Part shown: one piece after another, positions 57,259 to 64,000 of the stretch
Layout of the letters: the number at the start of each line of letters is the position of its first letter
Numbering within the stretch: the first letter of the stretch is position 1
DNA from: Candidatus Methylacidiphilales bacterium
GTDB lineage: Bacteria > Verrucomicrobiota > Verrucomicrobiia > Methylacidiphilales > JANWVL01
Length of the DNA stretch: 64,000 nucleotides
Direction: 5' to 3'
NCBI GenBank assembly: GCA_025056655.1
Contig: JANWVL010000045.1
Coordinates: 48-64,047, forward strand
Notes under the pieces: model-generated
Databases searched by the model: none
Told to the model about the DNA's origin: nothing
What the model saw: the letters and a program-made list of their open reading frames with translations, nothing else
Made by a program: the position numbers and the translations under genes

Positions 57259-57930
57259 CTAGCGTATTTCTTGCGCAATCCCGTCTGTAATCTTTATTCG
57301 ACGCTGAGCCAACGACGCTGTGGCTGGATTGTGCGTCACCATTAGCAACGTGAGCTTGTGAGCCTTTTGAAGTCTTAGGAGTAAATCCAGAACTTGTTGA
57401 CCTGAGGCCGAATCGAGGTTGCCCGTTGGTTCATCGGCCAAAACGAGTGGTGGTGAGTGGATCAGTGCGCGAGCAATAGCGGCTCGCTGCTGTTCGCCAC
57501 CGGAAAGTTGATGAGGCTTGTGGTATTTTCGGTTTGCAATGCCCACTTCTTCAAGCAGTGCTTGGGCTCGTTTACGAACGGTTGAGCCCCGCATTCGATT
57601 GAGACGTGCCGGAAGCTCGATATTTTCGAGCACAGTCAACGTCGGGATGAGATGAAAAAATTGAAATATAAATCCTACTTGGCTGCGGCGATAACGCGTC
57701 AGACGTGATTCGGAAATATCGTGCAGCGCATAGTCACCGCAATAAATTTCTCCGAGATCAAATGTCTCTAGTCCTCCAATGCAATGCAGCAAGGTAGATT
57801 TTCCTGAGCCGCTCGGGCCTACAATCGAGCAAAACTCTCCTTCGGCTAGCTCGAAACTTACTCCGCGCAGTGCTGGCACTGGATTTTGAGGAGTGCCATA
57901 GTTTTTATGGACGTTTTGAACGCGGAGCAT
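57259..57930 (-). CDS. ABC transporter ATP-binding protein (LolD/MacB/FtsE type)
   Basis: Walker [10 protein letters not shown], signature [15 protein letters not shown] and Walker [13 protein letters not shown]. Confidence 0.9.
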   Translation of the reverse strand: MLRVQNVHKNYGTPQNPVPALRGVSFELAEGEFCSIVGPSGSGKSTLLHCIGGLETFDLGEIYCGDYALHDISESRLTRYRRSQVGFIFQFFHLIPTLTVLENIELPARLNRMRGSTVRKRAQALLEEVGIANRKYHKPHQLSGGEQQRAAIARALIHSPPLVLADEPTGNLDSASGQQVLDLLLRLQKAHKLTLLMVTHNPATASLAQRRIKITDGIAQEIR

Positions 57931-57938
57931 AGCCTATG

Positions 57939-58643
57939 CTAGGGCTCCTGGAGCATCTTCGCAAGCGCATCGCGGGGTGATTCTGCTCGGGTGAGTGGTC
58001 GGCCGACTACGAGGTAATCAGCGCCTGCCTCGAGCGCTTTTCGTGCTGGCATAGTGCGGCTTTGATCATCGATGGTCGATTTTTCGTGAGCTGAAGCGCG
58101 AATGCCTGGCGTTACTAGGATAAACGTCCGATCAAATCTGGCCCGCAAAGCTTGGATTTCGAGTGGTGAACATACTAGTCCGTCTAAGCCGGCTTTTTGG
58201 GCGAGCTCGGCTAAACGTAACACCTGATCTTGTGTGGTGCTGGTTCCTGGGTAGATCTGCTGGCATGTCGCTTCGTCTATGCTTGTTAAGACTGTCACAG
58301 CAAGGAGTCGTATGGATGTGCCGGCTGTTGCTTCTTTAGCGGCTTGGAGCATGGATAGTCCGCCTGAGGCGTGGAGGGTTAAGAATTTGATCGGGTGTTG
58401 TGCGAGGGTCTGAATTGTGCGTGCTACCGTAGTCGGGATGTCATGGAGTTTGAGGTCGAGAAAGAAGTGTAGGTTGGGGCGCGCGAGTCGATCGAAGATT
58501 GATGGCCCACAGGCAGTGAAGAGTTCTAGCCCGATTTTTGCGTGAGTTAAGGGAGGAACGAGTGCATCGAGCCAGAAGGCTGCTTGTAAAGGTGTTGATG
58601 TGTCGAGTGCCACGATGATTTTTTCTGGCGATAGAGCCTGCAT
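57939..58643 (-). CDS. pyrF: Orotidine 5'-phosphate decarboxylase
   Basis: 234 aa with IIVALD, FLDLKLHDIPTT and YLVVGRP. Confidence 0.92.
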   Translation of the reverse strand: MQALSPEKIIVALDTSTPLQAAFWLDALVPPLTHAKIGLELFTACGPSIFDRLARPNLHFFLDLKLHDIPTTVARTIQTLAQHPIKFLTLHASGGLSMLQAAKEATAGTSIRLLAVTVLTSIDEATCQQIYPGTSTTQDQVLRLAELAQKAGLDGLVCSPLEIQALRARFDRTFILVTPGIRASAHEKSTIDDQSRTMPARKALEAGADYLVVGRPLTRAESPRDALAKMLQEP

Positions 58644-58661
58644 GGGTGATGAAGCCTTAGG

Positions 58662-59369
58662 TTACTCGGGATCAAAGAGGAGTCGCCCGCAATTCTCACA
58701 GGTGACGAGCTTTTTCGCAGCGCGCACATCGATGGCCGTCTGAGGGACTACTTTCATGTGGCATCCGGAGCATGTCTGATGGCGTAGGGGGACGACTGCG
58801 ATGTCTTTTTTGCTTTGTAGTATGCGGCGATATAAGGCGAGGACATCTGCGTTTACTGCGCTTTCTGATTGGTTGCGCAGTTCTTTTTCTTTTTCGAGCA
58901 TGTTTTGGGCGTTGGCCATCTTTTTTTGGAAATTTTGCCGCGCGAGTTCGGCCTCCTTTTCGTAGGTTATCACGCGCTGTTTTTCTTCTCGGACGGCTTG
59001 TTTGCACTGCTCGATTGCCTCTAGGAGCTCGAGTTCTTTATCTTCAAGCTCAGCGATTTTTTTCTGGGCGTGCTCAATTTCATGGGTCAAGGCTTGGTAT
59101 TCGGCATTGTTTCGGGTTTGGAGTTGCTGAATTTGGTAGCGTTGAATTTGTTGTTGTAGGGAGCGAACTTCGAGTTCGATCTGTCTGCATTCAGATTCTT
59201 TGGAGCGCAGGTCGGAGCGCAGTTTTTCTAGAGTCTGGGTTTGTTGTTTAAGACGTGTTTCTATTGCGGCTTCTTCAGCGGGCAGGCGGTGGAGTTCCTT
59301 TTCAAGGCGGAGAATGGCTAGGTCGTGCTCCTGCAAAATGAGTAACAGTTTGATTTGGGGGTGGATCAT
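58662..59369 (-). CDS. Coiled-coil protein with C-terminal C4 zinc ribbon (COG1579/DUF164 type)
   Basis: 235 aa with a long coiled coil followed by CSGCHMKV...CENCGRLL. Confidence 0.8.
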   Translation of the reverse strand: MIHPQIKLLLILQEHDLAILRLEKELHRLPAEEAAIETRLKQQTQTLEKLRSDLRSKESECRQIELEVRSLQQQIQRYQIQQLQTRNNAEYQALTHEIEHAQKKIAELEDKELELLEAIEQCKQAVREEKQRVITYEKEAELARQNFQKKMANAQNMLEKEKELRNQSESAVNADVLALYRRILQSKKDIAVVPLRHQTCSGCHMKVVPQTAIDVRAAKKLVTCENCGRLLFDPE

Positions 59370-59998
59370 GGCAAGGGGGAGAGGTTGAGGTGCGAGTTTA
59401 GGTTTTTTCGGACGAGCTTGGCGAGGAGATCGAACTCGACGTTGACGTATTGGCCAGCGGTGTATTCTCGAAGGTTTGTTGTATGGCGGGTATGGGGGAT
59501 GATGTAGATCGAGATTGAGTGCGTGTGGACGGAGGCGATGGTGAGGCTGATGCCGTTGATCGCTATGGAGCCTTTTTCGACCAACAAAGGCTGCTCATGA
59601 GGAAGGATTTCGATTTCGAGGTGGTAATTTACACGGGACGGATCGCTTCCGACTTGAGGGCTCGGTTCCCAGGTTAGAACTTTTGCTGCGCGATCGATGT
59701 GACCGGTGAGGAAATGGCCTCCGAGGAAATCGCCCACGCGAAGGGGGCGTTCGATATTGACGAGCGCTCCTTTTGCGATGTGTGCAAAGCGCGTGCAGCG
59801 GAGGGTCTCCTCGAGGAGGTCAAACTGCCAGTGAGGTTCACAAGCGACAAGGGTGAGGCAACAGCCATCTACGGCGATGCTTTCTCCGATCTGAGGAGGT
59901 GGTGTGATCTCCAATGGCTCAAGGTGGAGTCGGGTGTGGCCGTTTTGTGTTTCTCGATGGTGGAGGCGTGTGGTGTGGGTGATAAGGCCGGTGAACAT
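59366..59998 (-). CDS. ribE: Riboflavin synthase (alpha chain)
   Basis: Canonical N-terminus MFTGLITHT at ATG 59998. The internally duplicated lumazine-binding repeat is present (GESIAVDGCCLT / GSIAINGISLT). The longer track ORF (to 60019) would overlap the SDR gene. Confidence 0.9.
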   Translation of the reverse strand: MFTGLITHTTRLHHRETQNGHTRLHLEPLEITPPPQIGESIAVDGCCLTLVACEPHWQFDLLEETLRCTRFAHIAKGALVNIERPLRVGDFLGGHFLTGHIDRAAKVLTWEPSPQVGSDPSRVNYHLEIEILPHEQPLLVEKGSIAINGISLTIASVHTHSISIYIIPHTRHTTNLREYTAGQYVNVEFDLLAKLVRKNLNSHLNLSPLP

Positions 59999-60003
59999 AA
60001 CGG

Positions 60004-60735
60004 CTATCTGAGGTTCCAACCGCCGCTTAGGATTAGGTTAGAGCCTGTGAGGTATTGACTGGTGGGGGAGAGGAGGAAATCTACGGCAGAGGCTACGTCT
60101 TGAAATGTGCCGTAGCGGCCGGCGGGGATGGTGGAGGGAGGGGGAAGATTGATGCTGTTTTCGAGCCAGCCGGGGGAGATGAGATTGACGGTGATGCCGT
60201 ATCGAGCTTCGGTGCGGGCGAATGAGCGCGTCAACATGTAGACGCCGACTTTTCCGATATGATAGCTGATGGCGAGGTCGCGGGCGGTGGGGCGATCGCA
60301 GCCGGAGTCGCCGATGTTGATGATGCGGGCGCGTTCCGTTTTTCTGAGATAGGGGAGCGCGGCGCGAATGGTGTGAAATGTGGCTGTGGCGGTGCTATGT
60401 AGGCCGCTTAGCCATTCTGTTTCGGTGAGGTTGTAGAGGTTTTTGTCGTGGTAGGTGCCGGCGTTGTTGATGAGGGCGAAGAGGGAAGCTTCGTCTCCGA
60501 AAGTATTGTGGATTGAGTGTAGGAGGGCTTCGGCTTCGCGTTGGATAGAAAGATCGGCTTGAAAGGCTTGGGCTAGTCCGCCGGTGGATTGGATTTGTCG
60601 GATGAGGGCAGAGGCTTCGTGTCGGCTTGTGCGGTAGTGAACGGCTACGAGATAACCTGAATTGGCAAGGTGTCGGGCGAGTGCGGCGCCGAGGCCTTTG
60701 GCGGCCCCTGTTATCAAGATAATTTTTTTAGTCAT
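60004..60735 (-). CDS. SDR family oxidoreductase
   Basis: Contains TKKIILITGAAKGLGAA (TGxxxGxG), NNAG and catalytic Y...K (YHIGK). ATG 60735 is preferred over the TTG 60747 used in the track. Confidence 0.85.
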   Translation of the reverse strand: MTKKIILITGAAKGLGAALARHLANSGYLVAVHYRTSRHEASALIRQIQSTGGLAQAFQADLSIQREAEALLHSIHNTFGDEASLFALINNAGTYHDKNLYNLTETEWLSGLHSTATATFHTIRAALPYLRKTERARIINIGDSGCDRPTARDLAISYHIGKVGVYMLTRSFARTEARYGITVNLISPGWLENSINLPPPSTIPAGRYGTFQDVASAVDFLLSPTSQYLTGSNLILSGGWNLR

Positions 60736-60863
60736 ACCCCGGTGCAAGGGGGATGCTGGTTGATGGGGGCTTGTGATGTCAAAGCAATTCTATGGGCGGG
60801 GGTCGTGCTTGGGGGAGCGAGGGAAATTGCTGAACGTTGTGGGGTGTGGCATGATGGGGGAAT

Positions 60864-61502
60864 ATGGGTATCTGGATTGAACGCTGGCGAGAATGGACTT
60901 TGGAGTTATTGGTTTGGATTGAGGGGATGGGGTGGGTGGGGTGGCTGGTGTTTTGGGTTTTATTTGTGGTAAGTTGTATTTTGTGGTTGCCGGGATCTCT
61001 GTGGACAGTGGCAGCAGGGGCGATCTATGGGGTGGTGGGAGGCGTGGCGTTGATTTTGATATGCTCTGTGAGTGGCTCTATCGCTACTTTGTGGATGGGG
61101 AGATACGGTGTGCGGCCTTGGGTGGAGAGGATGTGTGGACGAGATGTGCGTTTCCAAGGTTTAATAGAGGGGATCGAGAGGGAGGGGGTGTGGATCGTAT
61201 TTTTGGCGCGGCTTTCGCCTATCTTGCCTTCAAGTGTGATGAATTATGGATTGGGATTGACGAAGCTTAAGGTGCTTCCGTTTGCAATAGCGAGTGGATT
61301 AGGTGCGTTGCCTTCGATAGTGGTGTATGTGTATCTGGGAAGCGTTATGGGTGAGCTGTTGAATGTGAATCTGAGCCAGGGGAAGGGAGGCGCGGCAGTG
61401 GGGTGGTTGCACGGGGTGGGGTTGTTGGCGGCTATGGTGGTGACGTGGCGGATTGCGCATATTGCTCGGGATGCGCTTAAAATGAGGGTCGGGAAGGGGT
61501 AG
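60864..61502 (+). CDS. TVP38/TMEM64 (DedA/SNARE-associated, VTT domain) family membrane protein
   Basis: 212 aa with five to six TM helices. LPGSLWTVAAGAIYG and FLARLSPILPSSVMNYGLGLT are typical of the family. Confidence 0.8.
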   Translation: MGIWIERWREWTLELLVWIEGMGWVGWLVFWVLFVVSCILWLPGSLWTVAAGAIYGVVGGVALILICSVSGSIATLWMGRYGVRPWVERMCGRDVRFQGLIEGIEREGVWIVFLARLSPILPSSVMNYGLGLTKLKVLPFAIASGLGALPSIVVYVYLGSVMGELLNVNLSQGKGGAAVGWLHGVGLLAAMVVTWRIAHIARDALKMRVGKG

Positions 61503-61509
61503 AGGTGGA

Positions 61510-62601
61510 TTACTTTTGCTGGGTGAGTGCGATTTCTTGTGCTGCGGCAGAGAGAAGGCCTAGGATTTTGGTGCAGCGATCGATGTATTTAGCGGCGACG
61601 AGATCTTGTGGGCAGGCTTCAACGCAGCGAGCAAAAGTTTCTCTTGCTTTGGTGTAGTCGGTGGCGAGGTAGTAGTTGAGTGCTTCTTCGAAGAGGGGGC
61701 GGTTGTTTTTCTTACCTTCCAGACTTTCGGGAGGATCGGCATCGAAGACTTCGTAGATGTTCACGGGTTGCTCTTTGCCGAGGACTTTGACGACACCGAC
61801 TCGCCGAAGGCAGAATTCATCGGGGTTGGGGAGTTGGTTGAAGAGAAATTCTGTGATGATGATATTTGAGCCGACGGATTTAGTGAGCGATTCAAGACGG
61901 GCGGCGAGGTTAACTGCATCACCGATGACGGTGGTGCTAAGGCGTTCTTGGGAGCCGAGTGTGCCGAGCATGACCAGGCCGGTATTGATGCCGATGCCGG
62001 TGTCGATGGGAAGGTATCCTTTTTGAAGACGACTTGAGTTGTATTTCTGAAGGGCTTGGCGCATGGAGATGGCGGCGCGAACGGCGTTTTGTGCGGCTCC
62101 AGGGGGAAAGAGTGCCATGATGGCGTCGCCAATAAATTTGTCGATGAATCCGTGGTGTTGGGTAATGATCGGTCCCATGCGGCTGAGGTAGGCGTTGAGG
62201 AATTTGAAGTTGTCCTCGACGCTCATTTTTTCGGAGAGTGAGGTAAAGCTTCGGATGTCGGTGAAGAGGATGGTCATCTCACTCTGCACGGCATCGCCTA
62301 GGGCAATGTCTTGGATATCTTTTTTGGAGAGGAAATGGAGGAATTCTTTCGGAACGAAGCGTGTGAAGGATTCTAGTAGTGCGAGTTTTGAGTGTGCAAT
62401 GGCTAGCTCGCGTTCGCGTTCTTTGTGGCGGTTTATTTCTTCTGCGTTGAGGGATTGGACGCGTTCGAGGAGTCGTTGTTCATTATCGTAGTTTTGATAA
62501 GCTTCGCTAATGTCTTGAAAGAGGCGCTGATATTCTGGGGGGAGTTCTTCAGGATTTTTTTTGAGGATTTTGGTGATCTGCCTTTTTAGCAGGCGATGCA
62601 T
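61510..62601 (-). CDS. Class III adenylate cyclase with N-terminal coiled coil and C-terminal TPR-like segment
   Basis: Contains ILFTDIRSFTSL, DKFIGDAIMALF and VIGDAVNLAARLE. The Lys...Thr specificity pair fits an adenylate cyclase. Confidence 0.88.
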   Translation of the reverse strand: MHRLLKRQITKILKKNPEELPPEYQRLFQDISEAYQNYDNEQRLLERVQSLNAEEINRHKERERELAIAHSKLALLESFTRFVPKEFLHFLSKKDIQDIALGDAVQSEMTILFTDIRSFTSLSEKMSVEDNFKFLNAYLSRMGPIITQHHGFIDKFIGDAIMALFPPGAAQNAVRAAISMRQALQKYNSSRLQKGYLPIDTGIGINTGLVMLGTLGSQERLSTTVIGDAVNLAARLESLTKSVGSNIIITEFLFNQLPNPDEFCLRRVGVVKVLGKEQPVNIYEVFDADPPESLEGKKNNRPLFEEALNYYLATDYTKARETFARCVEACPQDLVAAKYIDRCTKILGLLSAAAQEIALTQQK

Positions 62602-62610
62602 AGAGGAGGC

Positions 62611-63753
62611 TTACTCTTCGCTGAAAGTGGTAAGGGTCATGGTCTGGTTGTGGAGGTTGCACATGCCTTGAGTCATGTTGGGAGCTAGCTCACCGTAGGA
62701 ATAAAAGCCGGTGAGGTAGAATTGATCTCCGAGGGTGTCTTGCACGGCGCAGATTTCTTCCTCAACGAGCTTGGTGAGAACGAGTCTGCGTCCGACACAA
62801 CTGATAGCTATGGCTAATGCGTCTTGGGTGGTTTGTAAATTGGCTTGTCGAGCTGCTTCTCCGGCTGCTTCGATCAAGCCGTCGATATTTGTTTTCATCA
62901 GGACGGCGACGTTGCCTTCAGGAACATCGCCGGCGAAAGTGAGGCTTTGTGTAGTTTCGTCTACGGCAAGAAGGGTGCGGATGAGCGGCTCGTTGCTTCC
63001 TTCTTGATGAATCATGAGGGGAAAGCGAAGGCCGCTAGCAGGGAGGTTTTTTGCATGTTCTTCGCCGAGGTAGCTTTTGTAGAGCTTGAGGGCGGGTTCG
63101 CCATCTATTTCATAGACGACATTTTTAATCGACTTGGTGATTTTTCGGTTAACGCCGAAAGTTTCCCAGCCGTGAACGCATCCGTGGTTGACTTTTATGC
63201 GTTGGCCGTAGAAGCCGATTGCTACGACTTGGCGTGGGAGAGCGGTGCCGTTGAAAATGGTGAGCGTTTCGGAGAAGCGTGTGCCGTCTCCGGCTAGGCC
63301 GCCTGTGATGGAGATGGGGCGGCCGGCGAGTGCGGCGTTTGCTCCTTCTACGAGTAGGCTTCCGTTGATGTGAAGGCCTTCAGCGAGGATGAAGATGTGG
63401 CGGAGGTCGGGGTGTTGAAGGAGGGTTTCGACTAGAGTTTTTCCTACTTGGGAGGAATGTTCGACGGTGGGGATAGGCTGAGCTGTGGCGATTGTTTGGG
63501 TGTGTTCAAAATAAATGGCTGTGGCGACGATTGTGCCTTCGTCGACTGTGGTATCGGCGATATTTCCAGAGGTGGAGCATCCGATGATTTGAGCTTGAGG
63601 GTAGCGGGTGCGGAGGTCTTCGAGATGCTGTGGTTCTTTTAGCAGAGCGGTGTCACCGAATGCGATCACGAGTTGGGCTTGAGTGGATTGAGGAAGTGAA
63701 CCTTTTACGTTTTCCCATGAACCTTCGGAGAATTTGCGGATTTCGATTTTCAT
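62611..63753 (-). CDS. FIST (FIST_N + FIST_C) sensory domain protein
   Basis: 380 aa with IIGCSTSGNI in the N-domain and FYSYGELAP in the C-domain. It lies 9 bp upstream of, and co-oriented with, the cyclase. Confidence 0.8.
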   Translation of the reverse strand: MKIEIRKFSEGSWENVKGSLPQSTQAQLVIAFGDTALLKEPQHLEDLRTRYPQAQIIGCSTSGNIADTTVDEGTIVATAIYFEHTQTIATAQPIPTVEHSSQVGKTLVETLLQHPDLRHIFILAEGLHINGSLLVEGANAALAGRPISITGGLAGDGTRFSETLTIFNGTALPRQVVAIGFYGQRIKVNHGCVHGWETFGVNRKITKSIKNVVYEIDGEPALKLYKSYLGEEHAKNLPASGLRFPLMIHQEGSNEPLIRTLLAVDETTQSLTFAGDVPEGNVAVLMKTNIDGLIEAAGEAARQANLQTTQDALAIAISCVGRRLVLTKLVEEEICAVQDTLGDQFYLTGFYSYGELAPNMTQGMCNLHNQTMTLTTFSEE

Positions 63754-63870
63754 TGCATTGTGGAGACATCGTTTGGATGGATGCTATTTTTAGGCGAAGC
63801 GGTTGGCAAGGTGAATTTATTGTTATTGTGCCGTTATTTGGTTGTTTGTGGGAGGAAGTAGGAACGTTGT

Positions 63871-64000
63871 TTATCTGAAATGGGTAGGCCGAGGAGTTGC
63901 ATGGCGAGCATGAGGTCTTCCCAGACTTTGCGTTTTTCGGCGATGGAGGGGTTGTAGAGAAGATAGGCAGGATGGTAGGTGGGGATGAGCGGAATGCCTT
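63871..64000 (-). CDS. Uracil-DNA glycosylase family 4, C-terminal fragment; the gene continues beyond the window end
   Basis: Not in the ORF track. Minus-strand translation gives GIPLIPTYHPAYLLYNPSIAEKRKVWEDLMLAMQLLGLPISDK*. The HPA.LL.NP...K..W.DL pattern is the family-4 UDG C-terminal motif. Confidence 0.7.
   Translation of the reverse strand, partial: RHSAHPHLPSCLSSLQPLHRRKTQSLGRPHARHATPRPTHFR

Noticed and set aside
60932-61270. 112-aa plus-strand ORF overlapping the TVP38-family gene
   Set aside because: It is an alternative frame of a clearly membrane-protein-like ORF. It is Gly/Arg/Asp-rich with no hydrophobic pattern.

Overview
Compact, gene-dense chromosomal window with about 60 CDS and 2 tRNA genes. 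I found no rRNA, CRISPR array, transposase, integrase or phage genes. Content is mostly housekeeping:
- Translation and RNA modification: tgt, infA, serS, prmA, truA.
- Arginine, pyrimidine, riboflavin, pantothenate and histidine biosynthesis: argB, argD, argF, pyrH, pyrF, ribE, panB, hisG.
- Respiration, lipid and storage metabolism: sdhCAB, gpsA-plsY, glycogen phosphorylase.
- Replication restart and membrane organisation: priA, floA-nfeD.

Interspersed are envelope and signalling genes:
- a 5'-truncated Ig-repeat surface protein;
- an HKD phospholipase-D-like protein with a PEP-CTERM anchor;
- an orphan GspE/GspF pair;
- LysM-NlpC/P60 and M23 peptidases, and OmpA-like proteins;
- two class III nucleotidyl cyclases, a FIST sensor and an output-less CHASE2 protein.

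The PEP-CTERM signal, a bacterial lipase-maturation-factor homologue, weak or no Shine-Dalgarno sequences and frequent 4-bp gene overlaps suggest a Verrucomicrobiota/PVC-type genome. That assignment is inference only.

I see no convincing self-contained novel multi-gene system such as a defence island, biosynthetic cluster or mobile element. The strongest non-routine signals are:
1. A kilobase-scale mosaic of very strong G/C strand skew that changes sign about five times and is independent of gene orientation.
2. A coiled-coil/PD-(D/E)xK nuclease-like gene next to tRNA-Gly that carries a 97%-identical 105-bp tandem duplication.
3. A membrane cyclase with Glu at the adenine-specifying Lys position, followed by an unknown 173-aa ORF.
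4. A LolA-like protein paired with a CHASE2 sensor that has no output domain.
5. A 518-bp unassigned gap upstream of sdhC.

All homology calls come from motif recognition by eye. No searches were run.
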